Below, piece after piece: positions 40,091 through 49,945 of a DNA stretch of 64,000 bases. The position numbers were made by a program, and so were the translations under genes. Position 1 is the first letter of the stretch; every line of letters begins with the position of its first letter. The notes beneath the pieces were generated by a model. The model did no database searches. It had not been told where the DNA came from and worked only from the letters and a program-made list of their open reading frames with translations. Source of the DNA: Microcoleus sp. (lineage in GTDB: Bacteria > Cyanobacteriota > Cyanobacteriia > Cyanobacteriales > Microcoleaceae); assembly GCA_052279835.1 (NCBI GenBank), contig CP181291.1, positions 3,232,001 to 3,296,000 on the forward strand, written 5' to 3'.

Positions 40091-42652
40091 ATGAATCAAG
40101 CAACGGGTGTAATTTTCTGTTTAGCTTACATTTTGGGATTGATTTCTACAGCGCTTCCTTGGGGTGGTTACGGTGTACTTTCCTTGGGAGTTGTTACGGC
40201 GATCGCCTTACCAAAATTTTTGCGAAAATTAACTCGAAAGGCTGTCAAAAATCCGAAAAAAAGACGCAGCCGAACTAGCAAAAATTCTAGTGATTCTTCC
40301 TTAGAAAAAACGGAATCATTGAATTTTTATCAAATGCTGCCCAAGTCAAAATGGGTATGGTTCCTCGCAGGTTTGACGGGATTTCTCGCTAGCTTTTATG
40401 TTCAAATTCGATCGCCAGTACCAGGCATTAATGACATCAGCAAACTGATTCCGGCTGGTGGCAATACTCAAGAAATCGCCGTGACAGTGCGCGGTAGAGT
40501 TGTCAGTACGCCACGGTTGACTCGATCGGGACGATCGCAATTTTGGCTAGATACCAATCTAGTTAGCGAAATCAACGGTGGCGAGGGAGGAGTAGTCGTA
40601 AATCGGGAAGTATCCGGTCAACTTTACGTCACAGTACCTTTGTTGCAAGCCACAGGTTTGTACGAAGACAATACGATCGCCGTGGTGGGCTCTTTGTACA
40701 AACCGCAGCGGCCATCAAATCCAGGGGCTTTTGATTTTGAAGCATATTTAGCCAGATCGGGGGCTTTTGCAGGTCTCAAAGGAAGCCAAATTGACTGGAA
40801 GAGAGAAAATGCGATCGCTGATGTTAATGGAAGTGAGAACCAAGCTGCTAGTTTTTCCGAGTCCAGCGCCATGCCCCAATCACACATTCAAGCCATGCGA
40901 CAACGGATTGTGCGATCGCAACTATTTCACTTGAATGTTCCTGAAGGCACCTTAATTAGTGCGATCGCCCTCGGCAAGCAAGCAGTAGATTTACCTTATA
41001 ACATCCGCGACTATTTTGTGCAAGTTGGATTAGCCCATGCGATCGCAGCTTCCGGGACTCAAGTTTCGATGGTTTTAGCTTTAGTTCTGGCTTTGACCAG
41101 GCGTTTTTCCAAACAGTTGCAGTTTAGTTTTGGAGTCGGCGCTTTATTTTTGCTAGTGGGATTAACAGGCTTTGAAGCTTCAGTCTGTCGCGCGGCTTTA
41201 ATGGGATTTGGAACATTATTTGCTTTGCTGCTGAAGCGAGAAGTTAAGCCTCTGGGATTGCTGTTAATCGCTGCGATAATTTTACTGCTAGTTAATCCTT
41301 TGTGGATTTGGGATTTAGGTTTTCAACTCAGTTTTTTAGCAACTTTGGGATTGATAGTCACCACACCACCGCTGATGGCAAAGTTGGACTGGATGCCACC
41401 GGCTATCGCTTCTATTTTTGTGGTTCCCATCGCTGCTTCAGTTTGGGTATTACCCTTGCTACTTTACGTTTTTAATGTGGTATCTCCCTACAGTATTTTA
41501 GTCAATATTATTGCAGCTCCTTTACTCTGGATTTTGAGTATTGGGGGAATGATTAGTGCATTAGCTGGATTGATTTTTCCACCGGCTGGTAGTGGGTTAG
41601 CGCAACTGCTAGAGTATCCTGCAAAAGGGTTAATTGCGATCGCTCAATATTTCTCCCAGTTACCGGGTAATTCGGTAGCTGTCGGCCAAGTATCCCAGTT
41701 GCAGCTAATCGCACTTTACAGTTTAATTTGCTGGGTTTGGCTGGGGAGAAAGTCAACCCCCCCCCAAGGAAGAGAAGAACCCGCACCTACCGCCCCCAAG
41801 AGGGGAAGCATGAAGGGAAAAAGCACAGTTGTTTCGCTGCCAATTTTTTCATCAGCCTCAATTTTACCCCTGGCTATTGTGGCGGGAATTAGCATCATAG
41901 TTTTACCAGCTTGGCACAGTCAATTATCTTTATTTCAAGTTACTTTGCTGGCGACATCGAGGGAACCTGTTTTGGTAATACAAGAACGGGGAAAAGTATC
42001 ACTAATTAATAGCGGTGATGACAATACAGTCCGGTTTATAGTATTGCCTTTCTTGCAGCAACAAGGTATCAATTCTGTGAATTTTGCGATCGCCACCCAT
42101 CCTCATTTAGGTTTAAACGCAGGTTGGGGAAAATTATTAGAACGCTTGCCAATTCAAACATTCTATGATAACACATCTCCCAAACAAATTAACTATGCCA
42201 GCGGTCAAGAATTGATGACTGCGGTGCAATCTCGCCAAGGAGTTTACTTTCCTTTAGAAACTAACAGCACCATTAATCTGGGCTCTGTGCAGTTGCAGTT
42301 TGTGAATGCAGAAATCCCGGTTGTAGAACTGCTGGTGGGTGGACGAACTTGGTTGCTGCTGGGTGAAATAGCACCAGAAGCCCAAAAAAAATTGGTAGCA
42401 ACGGGAAGTTTGAAGCCAGCTCAAGTGCTGTGGTGGTCGGGGAAAACCCTGACACCGGAGTTATTAACGGCGATTGGGCCAAAAGTGGCGATCGCCGCTG
42501 CTGACGAAATTGACCCGGAAACGGCCGCACAACTTCAAAAAACCAAAACCCAAATTTTTTGGACGGGACGGGATGGAGCCTTGCTGTGGACACCCGCAGG
42601 GGGATTTAAGACCACCCTGGAGTCGCAAGAAAATCAAACTTCTGTTTTGTAG
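40091..42652 (+). CDS. comEC: Competence protein ComEC/Rec2
   Basis: SNPGAFDFEAYL, GLAHAIAASG, SVCRAALM, DLGFQLSFLATLGL; degenerate C-terminal metallo-beta-lactamase-like region. Confidence 0.92.
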   Translation: MNQATGVIFCLAYILGLISTALPWGGYGVLSLGVVTAIALPKFLRKLTRKAVKNPKKRRSRTSKNSSDSSLEKTESLNFYQMLPKSKWVWFLAGLTGFLASFYVQIRSPVPGINDISKLIPAGGNTQEIAVTVRGRVVSTPRLTRSGRSQFWLDTNLVSEINGGEGGVVVNREVSGQLYVTVPLLQATGLYEDNTIAVVGSLYKPQRPSNPGAFDFEAYLARSGAFAGLKGSQIDWKRENAIADVNGSENQAASFSESSAMPQSHIQAMRQRIVRSQLFHLNVPEGTLISAIALGKQAVDLPYNIRDYFVQVGLAHAIAASGTQVSMVLALVLALTRRFSKQLQFSFGVGALFLLVGLTGFEASVCRAALMGFGTLFALLLKREVKPLGLLLIAAIILLLVNPLWIWDLGFQLSFLATLGLIVTTPPLMAKLDWMPPAIASIFVVPIAASVWVLPLLLYVFNVVSPYSILVNIIAAPLLWILSIGGMISALAGLIFPPAGSGLAQLLEYPAKGLIAIAQYFSQLPGNSVAVGQVSQLQLIALYSLICWVWLGRKSTPPQGREEPAPTAPKRGSMKGKSTVVSLPIFSSASILPLAIVAGISIIVLPAWHSQLSLFQVTLLATSREPVLVIQERGKVSLINSGDDNTVRFIVLPFLQQQGINSVNFAIATHPHLGLNAGWGKLLERLPIQTFYDNTSPKQINYASGQELMTAVQSRQGVYFPLETNSTINLGSVQLQFVNAEIPVVELLVGGRTWLLLGEIAPEAQKKLVATGSLKPAQVLWWSGKTLTPELLTAIGPKVAIAAADEIDPETAAQLQKTKTQIFWTGRDGALLWTPAGGFKTTLESQENQTSVL

Positions 42653-42829
42653 AGATGGGCAAATGCGGCGCGTGGTGCGTTAAGATACAAAATACTCAAG
42701 GTCTCAACAAAATTTGCGGCCCCATCGCCTAAATCGGCGATCGCCAAATTAGCGTCGCAACTACAACCTGAAGTTTTTGGTTGATTTTTACCTCGCGTTA
42801 TGCAATTATTGTAGAGTAGCCAACCAATT

Positions 42830-42916
42830 GGAGAGGTGGCAGAGCGGTTGAATGCGGTAGACTCGAAATCTACTTTAGGGGTGACTCTAACGTGGGTTCA
42901 AATCCCACCCTCTCCG
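42830..42916 (+). tRNA. trnS: tRNA-Ser(CGA)
   Basis: GGAGAGG acceptor / CCTCTCCG; anticodon arm GTAGA-CTCGAAA-TCTAC; long variable arm; GGTTCAAATCC. Confidence 0.97.
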
Positions 42917-43244
42917 TACATTTCTTACTCCACAATGCTTTGATGCTATCAGTATCTTTAGCCAAAGGTGCAGTTTTATAGCCAGTGGTATATGTAAGTG
43001 GTATATGTACCACTCCGGTATATACCACTTTTTGTTTTAACTTCACCCCATCAAGGGGGCGATCGGTCAGGACAAAAGCATTTCTAAAACAGGACTTATA
43101 CCAATTTCATAAATATTTGCTACAGATGCAGTTCAAAGATCCCATTACTAAGCGGAGTTGGGAGGGAGTTATGTAGCGCTACTTTATGAAATTGGGGTTA
43201 GGGGGGATCGGATTCTATGCAGCCTCATAAAAAATTGGTATTAC

Positions 43245-44075
43245 TCATTCACAAATTAAAGTAATTACTGTCACTTCCGGCGGACAAAATAGCCTTCCGG
43301 GTGCATAGGTTCCCAAACCGCGATTCACGTATAGTAAATTATTCCCCACCCGATGTAAACCACTGGCCCATTCCCAGTGAGTAACTACTCGATCGTCAAT
43401 GGATAAAAAAGGCATCCAATTACGTACCCATTGAGGAATAGCAGAGGTAATTTTTTTTAGCCAAGCATACACAGGGCCAATACCGGGAATCACTATTTGA
43501 CCACCGTGGGTATGTCCCGAAAACTGCAAATCAATCCGGTATCCTTGCAGCTTTTCCGCAGTATCAGGATTGTGAGACAAGACAATCCGAGGGATGGATA
43601 GATCGACTGATGTCATTACAGGTTCAGGTTGAAAATCCCCAGACCAAAAATCCGCCAACCCAATTAAAGCTAAATTTTCTCCCAAAGGATAGGTAGCTTC
43701 ATTGTACAAAACCCGAATTCCCGCGTTATTTAAAGCATTAGTAACCTCTATTTTACCTCCCGGCCAATAGTGGTCGTGATTGCCTAAAACAGCATAAATT
43801 CCCACCCGACTTTGCAAGTTTTTTAATCGTTGCACTAAGTCGTGAATCGGGGCAGTTTCCAGAGTGACAAAATCCCCGGTTAAGAAAATCAAGTCTGCTT
43901 CCGCTTCATTTGCCGCAGCGATCGCCTCGAATAGTAAACCTTCCGACAGCCGCACCCCGTCATAGTGAAAATCAGTCAGTTGTACCAGTTTAGTACCCGA
44001 TAGATTTGCTGGAAGATTGGCGATCGGTATGGTTAAATGTTCTACCCGCAGTTTCCCAGTTAATAACCTGTGCAT
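43245..44075 (-). CDS. Metallophosphoesterase (YkuE-like)
   Basis: LTDFH, TGDF, LGNHD, SHNPD, SGHTHGGQ, VNRGLG. Confidence 0.92.
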   Translation of the reverse strand: MHRLLTGKLRVEHLTIPIANLPANLSGTKLVQLTDFHYDGVRLSEGLLFEAIAAANEAEADLIFLTGDFVTLETAPIHDLVQRLKNLQSRVGIYAVLGNHDHYWPGGKIEVTNALNNAGIRVLYNEATYPLGENLALIGLADFWSGDFQPEPVMTSVDLSIPRIVLSHNPDTAEKLQGYRIDLQFSGHTHGGQIVIPGIGPVYAWLKKITSAIPQWVRNWMPFLSIDDRVVTHWEWASGLHRVGNNLLYVNRGLGTYAPGRLFCPPEVTVITLICE

Positions 44076-44169
44076 AAATCTAAGGTTTATTGACAGAGTG
44101 CAATTTCTAGCTTAGCAAATAAACCGCCCAAATCGCCCAACTATATTTAATGACCTCTTTTCTGATTCC

Positions 44170-44273
44170 TATAGCAATCCTAAATCATTTATGAACTTCT
44201 TACTCCCTCCCCGCGAGTTCGGGGAGGGTTGGGGAGGGGTTAAAAATTTGTGACTCCTGCAAGGATTGCTATA
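44170..44273. mobile_element. MITE (104 bp) with TATAGCAATCCT terminal inverted repeats
   Basis: TATAGCAATCCT at 44170-44181 and AGGATTGCTATA at 44262-44273; internal CCCTCCCCG/CGGGGAGGG hairpin; no ORF. Confidence 0.8.
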
Positions 44274-44279
44274 TTTACT

Positions 44280-45698
44280 TCATTTTTGATAAATCACTTC
44301 AAAAGTTTTTACAGCTTTCTTCTTACCTTTAACTATCACTTGACCCATCTCTTTAAACTCAAACATATCTTTAGTAGCGCTATACACACTATCGCTAACC
44401 AAAATTTGTTTTCCCTTAGCAATGGACTGCAACCTAGAGGCAATATTCACCTCATCCCCGATCGCAGTATAATCCATGTGCTGCGGCGAACCAATATTTC
44501 CCACAACCACCTCACCCGCACTAATACCAATACCTGTGAGAAAGTTATCCTTAATCCAAGGAATCGAAATTTCTTCAATCCGACGCTGCATATCGATCGC
44601 AGTTTCGATCGCTTTCCGTTCTCGATCGGCAACTTCCGAAGGAGCACCGAACATTGCCACAATCATATCTCCCACAAACTTATTTACCGTACCTTGTTTA
44701 CTAAAAATTACCTCTACCATCTGGGTAAAATATTCATTTAAATAGAGCACTATCTTTTCAGCCGGAAGTTCTTCGCACTTCGTAGTAAAATCTCTAATAT
44801 CCGAAAAAAGCACCGTAATATTTCGCTTGGTTGGACTCAGAGAAATTTCTCCTTTAGCTTCGATAACTGCTTGAACGACGTGGGGAGAAAGATATCTTTC
44901 CAAATTATTCTTAATCCGTTCTTCCTTCAATTTACTTTCATGCAATAGCGCATTCTCGATCGCCGCTGCTGCTTGGGAAGCCAAAGCAGTCAACAGTTTT
45001 AAATCCTGTGCTGTATAGTTAACCAGTTGATTATTGCTAACATTGATGACACCAATCGTGCCGTTTTGTGTAGTTAAAGGAGCGCAAATGAGAGAACGCA
45101 GCTCGTTGTTTCCCCTAACATATCTGGGATCGGAAAGCACATCATTGACTATTTCCGCTTTTCCCGAAACGAGAATGTGACCTGCTATCCCCACATTGGG
45201 TCCAATTTTTGTTTTGCTATTATACTTTTTTCCCCTGGCTGAAATCACCTCTAATTTCCCAATTTTATGATTGACTAACATCAGCGAAATATTGGTAGCG
45301 TCAATCAATTTTTTGGCTTCTGTTACCACTAAATCAGTGACTTCAGAGACTCCTAAACAAGTTGAAATTTTGCTAGAAAAATCATACAAAAAATTCACTT
45401 CTTCGTATTTTTCCAAAGTATCCATAGCCAAAATTCTTGTATCCGAATCAGCTTGAGCAGCATAGCCAATCAAATCAGCAATGAATTTTGCTTTTTGAGA
45501 GCCTGTGACATAACCAATTACTTCGTCGGCTAGCACCACAGGGTATTTGTATAAGCATGGATGAGCGTCTTCACCCAATAAAATAACTCCCTCAATATTA
45601 CGAATTGCGATCGGAGCATCTAGAGCAGAAATAGCGCCCTTAATAACTGCCTGAAAATCTTTTTTAGCAATCAATTTTTTCAGATTGATACGAACCAT
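44280..45698 (-). CDS. GAF-domain class III adenylate cyclase
   Basis: GAF (GIAG..VNDVLSDPRY..SLICAPL); FSDIRDFT, NKFVGD, DYTAIGDEVNIASRL. Confidence 0.92.
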   Translation of the reverse strand: MVRINLKKLIAKKDFQAVIKGAISALDAPIAIRNIEGVILLGEDAHPCLYKYPVVLADEVIGYVTGSQKAKFIADLIGYAAQADSDTRILAMDTLEKYEEVNFLYDFSSKISTCLGVSEVTDLVVTEAKKLIDATNISLMLVNHKIGKLEVISARGKKYNSKTKIGPNVGIAGHILVSGKAEIVNDVLSDPRYVRGNNELRSLICAPLTTQNGTIGVINVSNNQLVNYTAQDLKLLTALASQAAAAIENALLHESKLKEERIKNNLERYLSPHVVQAVIEAKGEISLSPTKRNITVLFSDIRDFTTKCEELPAEKIVLYLNEYFTQMVEVIFSKQGTVNKFVGDMIVAMFGAPSEVADRERKAIETAIDMQRRIEEISIPWIKDNFLTGIGISAGEVVVGNIGSPQHMDYTAIGDEVNIASRLQSIAKGKQILVSDSVYSATKDMFEFKEMGQVIVKGKKKAVKTFEVIYQK

Positions 45699-45813
45699 TA
45701 ATTTTGCTATTTAGTTAGGAGTATTCTTTCGTGATTTATTTTTAAAGTTGTCACTCACTCTCCCAAAAATAATTAATAAAGGCAGAGCAATGTTGCAGAT
45801 ATCTGTAAGTGTG

Positions 45814-46200
45814 TCAAGTCAAACCGAGAACTTCTCTAGCTTTTTGCAAGACTTCTTTCGGGCGGAAAGGTTTAGTCATGTAAAGATTTGCCCCCACAGC
45901 CATACCACTTTGTTTATCATATTCTTGCCCCTTGGCTGTCAACATAATAATATAAACATCATCCATTTTTAGCTCATTTTTAACAGTGTTGCATACTTCT
46001 AGTCCGCTCATTTTCGGCATCATGACATCGAGAAAAACTAAATCAGGCTTTTCTTCCTGGATCAGTTCCAGTGCTTCCAGTCCATTTTTAGCCGTGATTA
46101 ATTCTACGTCATCCTCATCTTCCAACTTTTCCAGAGCCTGCTCCATCAAAATCAGAATATTCGGTTCATCATCTACAATTAAAACTTTTTTAACTGCCAT
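45814..46200 (-). CDS. Single-domain response regulator
   Basis: LIVDDE, FLDVMMP, MLTAKG, TKPF. Confidence 0.93.
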   Translation of the reverse strand: MAVKKVLIVDDEPNILILMEQALEKLEDEDDVELITAKNGLEALELIQEEKPDLVFLDVMMPKMSGLEVCNTVKNELKMDDVYIIMLTAKGQEYDKQSGMAVGANLYMTKPFRPKEVLQKAREVLGLT

Positions 46201-46314
46201 TTTTCCTCAATATGTTTCAGTAAGTTGTTCAGATTTAATCTGGAAATTTAAGGATTTTCAGAAAGTAGATTTCTGTAGTCAATCCTAATCTAGCGTCGAT
46301 ATTTTTTAAATTTT

Positions 46315-47007
46315 CTAGGTGTTGTTGTTTGGTTGATCTACTTTTTTAGGTAGGGTATTTACTGCCATATTTCCCATAAAAATCAAGGAAACATTTTCCA
46401 AGCCATCAGTCAGGCGCAAAGTTTTGACAAGTTCTTTTTCTTGAGATAATACTTCATCAATAATAATCAAATTTGGCTTCCTTGATATAGCTAGACCCAG
46501 ACACTCTTCAGCATTATAGGCTTTGATGACATTATATCCTTGAAAGACCAAAGCATCCGAGACTGTTTTCAGATTTGAAGGATTGCGATCTACCACCAAT
46601 ACAGTCTTGTTAGAGATAGTGGGATTTAGCAGCAAGCCAATTTCTCTCAATAGTCTTCCTACGTTGATAGGTTTGGTAAAATAGCTGTCGATTCCCAAGC
46701 GAGCGCCCCTTTCGAGATCGTGAATCAAAGAAACTATGATAATGGGAATACCCATAGTCTGGGGGTCATGTTTGAGAACAGCAGCGACATCAAAACCATC
46801 TATATGTGGCATCATTATATCTAAAATAATCAGATCTGGTTTCACTGATTTTGCCTGAGAAATAGCATCGATGCCATTAAACGCTTCCGTAACTTCATAT
46901 CCTTCTTCTTCCAGTGACTGTCGGAGCAGTTCCCGGATGTTAGGCTCGTCGTCAACAACGAGAATCTGCTTGACTTCTTTAGTATTTGTCGCAGTTTCTG
47001 CTGACAA
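46315..47007 (-). CDS. Tandem receiver domains; probably the frameshifted C-terminus of the upstream kinase
   Basis: REC1 VVDDE/LDIMMP/TKP; degenerate REC2; only a TTG start; overlaps the kinase end by 29 nt in the +1 frame. Confidence 0.8.
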   Translation of the reverse strand: MSAETATNTKEVKQILVVDDEPNIRELLRQSLEEEGYEVTEAFNGIDAISQAKSVKPDLIILDIMMPHIDGFDVAAVLKHDPQTMGIPIIIVSLIHDLERGARLGIDSYFTKPINVGRLLREIGLLLNPTISNKTVLVVDRNPSNLKTVSDALVFQGYNVIKAYNAEECLGLAISRKPNLIIIDEVLSQEKELVKTLRLTDGLENVSLIFMGNMAVNTLPKKVDQPNNNT

Positions 47008-49945
47008 CCTGATGTTTTAATTGTGAGATTAAATCATTGAAATTTTCCCAGTTCTCTACAGGTGGAACATTGTTTACGATCGGTATACTAAAGGAAAAAG
47101 TGCTGCCGCGACCAACTTCACTTTCTAGCCAAATTCTACCGCCGTGATGTTCAATAATTTGTTTGGAAATTGGCAGCCCCAAGCCTGTACCTTTCGGCTT
47201 TTGGGTCAGGATATCTCCCACTTGTTTAAATCTTTCAAAAACTTTGCTTTGGTCTTCTGGTGCAATACCTATGCCAGTATCTATAATACTAATAACTATC
47301 TCATCATTCTCTACTCTTGCTTTGCAAGTGACGGAACCTGATTGGGTGAACTTTACGGCATTCGAGAGCAAATTGATAGATACTTGAACCATGCGATCGC
47401 GGTCAACTAATACCTGGGGAAGTCCCGGCTTAAAATCCTTAATCAATTTCAAATTATTTTTTTCTAATAAAGATGAAGTAGCGGCGATCGCCTGTTTTAA
47501 TATTTGCACTGGATCGGTGGGTCGCAACTGCCAATCTACTCTGCCCGCCTCCATCTTCGCAATATCCAAAACATCATTAATCAAAGATGTCAGTCGCTCA
47601 GCTTCTGAGACAATAATATTGATATTATCTCCCACTTTGTGCAAAGCTTTTTTGGTTTTTTTGTCTTCGATAGGTATGGCCGGAAAAATCACATCTTCTA
47701 GTTTTTCTTTGATGATTGAAGCAAAACCCAACACAGAGGTTAGAGGTGTCCGCAGTTCGTGAGAAACTGTAGCCAAAAAGTCGGTTTTCATCCGGTCAAC
47801 TTCTCGTTCAACGGTGACATCCCTAATCAAAATAACCGAACCAAGGGAGTGATCTACTTCATCGTTCACAGCTTCTTTGAGAATATTGGTTGCCAAAGCT
47901 TGACCGATTCGGTTATTTCCCAGTTCCACCTCAAGGGTCACAATTTCTCCCTCATTGCGTTCCGCTTCATCAGCCAGCTTAGCCAAGTTTTTAGCAAAAA
48001 TATCAGAGACTTTTTTGCCTTTCAACTCCACATCTTTTAATTCAAACAGTGCGAGGAGAGCTGGATTAAACCTAGTAATTTTACCCTCTATATCTGTGAC
48101 TAATAATCCGTCAGCCAAGTTGTCAACAATCGCATTCAAATCTGCCAAAGTTGTCTGCAATTCCCAGGACTGCTTTTTAGTTTGATCTAGCAATTCTGCT
48201 TGGTGCATGGCTACTCCCAATTGACTGCCAATCTGAGCCAGCAACCTGACTTCTCCAGGTTCCCACTGACGAGAAGTTGAGTTTTGATAAGCTGCTAGCA
48301 AACCCCACAGATTTTTACCTACAAAAACTGGGGCGACACAATATGCTTTGGCTTCAATTTGCTCTAGAATTTCTAGGTGACACTGAGAGTGGCCAATTTT
48401 GTAGATGTCATTTACTACAAAAATCTCCTGATTGCGATACCTACCTCCCTGAGTATTTTGCAAGTATTCATCTTGCCAGACGGTTTTAATTTTTTCAGTT
48501 ACTAAAGATATCCAGCCTTCGGCTACGGACTCCGAGACAAACTCCCCACTCCAGTCAGGAAAGAAACGGTAAACTGCTACGCGATCGCAGTTGAGGATTT
48601 GGCGAACTTCTTGAGTAGTAGCACTGAAAATTTTGTCAATATTTAGGGTTTGACGAATCCTTTCAATTACTCTGGCTAATGTCCGCTCCTGTTCGGCTGC
48701 TTTTGCCTGCTGTTTAGCTTGAAATTGAATTTTTTCTAGGTATTCTAACTGCTGTAATGCCACTCCCAAATGGGTAGCAATTTGAGTCAGTAATTTGACT
48801 TCATTTTCTTCCCAATGTCGCGGACCACTGTGTTGAAATGCACTCAGCAATCCCCAAAGTTTTTCTCCTTTAAAAATAGCAACTACGGCACAGGATTTAA
48901 CACCAAAATATTCTAAAGCTTCGATGTGGCACTCACTTTGACCGGCGTTGTAGATATCGTCAGCGATAAAAATTTCGGCATTGCGGAATCTGCCTCCTTT
49001 GTGTTCGTTTAAGTAAGGGTCTTCCCAACCACTGCCTACCAATTTTGGCCATTCCCCAGATTCAGATTCAAAGATAAAGTCACCGAAATAGTCTTCGCGA
49101 AATTGATAAATAGCAATGCGATCGACATTCAACAGTTTTCGCACCTCTGTGGCTGCTGTCTGGAAAATTATTTCGATCTCTAAGGTTTGGCGAATCTTGT
49201 CAATCATGCGAGTGATGGCTCGTTCTCGCTCTGCTTCCTTAACTAACTCTTCAGTCCGTTTTTGCAATTGCACCTCAAGAGTTGTCTGGAGTGCTGTTGA
49301 CCGCCTTTCAGCTTTTTCTAAAAGTTCTGCTTGCTGTATTGCTACTCCCAAATGAACTGAAATTTGAGTAACAAACTCAATTTCATCTTCCTGCCACTGG
49401 CGTGGACTACGACATTGGTGAATGCAGATTAATCCCCATAGTTGATTGCCTTTAATTAAAGGTACAATTAGATTGGCTTTGACTTGAAACCTGGAAAGAA
49501 TTGCAATATGGCAATCGCTCAATCCGGCGTTGTAAATATCAGTAACTGCCTGAATTTTTCCTTGTTGATAGTTGACTGCGTATTGTGTTCCAAAACAACG
49601 ATCGTGTACCTTGATGGCTTTGGCGGAGTCAAACTCCGGCAGCACGTCTTCTGAGACAAATTCCCCGTCGTCAAATCCTGAATTGGGGTCAAACTGAAAC
49701 ATTCCCACTCGATCGGCATTCAGAAGTTGCCGTACTTCTGTAGCGGTTGATTTTAAAATAATATCTAAATCTAGAGACTCGCGAATTTTGGTGACTACGG
49801 CAAACAGTGCTTTTTGTTTGGCAACTCTAGCGGACTCTTGTTTATCTGCCAGTTCTAGTTCCGCCAGCCGCCCTTTCAGGGTTGCGAGCTCTCTTGTGAG
49901 GGACTCATAAGCCTCGGCATCTAATTTTACGTATTTCTGTGACAT
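46979..49945 (-). CDS. Three-GAF cyanobacteriochrome sensor histidine kinase (GAF-GAF-GAF-PAS-HisKA-HATPase)
   Basis: GAF1 HDRCF..DCH; GAF2 WEDPYL..ECH; GAF3 [40 protein letters not shown]. Confidence 0.93.
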   Translation of the reverse strand: MSQKYVKLDAEAYESLTRELATLKGRLAELELADKQESARVAKQKALFAVVTKIRESLDLDIILKSTATEVRQLLNADRVGMFQFDPNSGFDDGEFVSEDVLPEFDSAKAIKVHDRCFGTQYAVNYQQGKIQAVTDIYNAGLSDCHIAILSRFQVKANLIVPLIKGNQLWGLICIHQCRSPRQWQEDEIEFVTQISVHLGVAIQQAELLEKAERRSTALQTTLEVQLQKRTEELVKEAERERAITRMIDKIRQTLEIEIIFQTAATEVRKLLNVDRIAIYQFREDYFGDFIFESESGEWPKLVGSGWEDPYLNEHKGGRFRNAEIFIADDIYNAGQSECHIEALEYFGVKSCAVVAIFKGEKLWGLLSAFQHSGPRHWEENEVKLLTQIATHLGVALQQLEYLEKIQFQAKQQAKAAEQERTLARVIERIRQTLNIDKIFSATTQEVRQILNCDRVAVYRFFPDWSGEFVSESVAEGWISLVTEKIKTVWQDEYLQNTQGGRYRNQEIFVVNDIYKIGHSQCHLEILEQIEAKAYCVAPVFVGKNLWGLLAAYQNSTSRQWEPGEVRLLAQIGSQLGVAMHQAELLDQTKKQSWELQTTLADLNAIVDNLADGLLVTDIEGKITRFNPALLALFELKDVELKGKKVSDIFAKNLAKLADEAERNEGEIVTLEVELGNNRIGQALATNILKEAVNDEVDHSLGSVILIRDVTVEREVDRMKTDFLATVSHELRTPLTSVLGFASIIKEKLEDVIFPAIPIEDKKTKKALHKVGDNINIIVSEAERLTSLINDVLDIAKMEAGRVDWQLRPTDPVQILKQAIAATSSLLEKNNLKLIKDFKPGLPQVLVDRDRMVQVSINLLSNAVKFTQSGSVTCKARVENDEIVISIIDTGIGIAPEDQSKVFERFKQVGDILTQKPKGTGLGLPISKQIIEHHGGRIWLESEVGRGSTFSFSIPIVNNVPPVENWENFNDLISQLKHQVVSRNCDKY

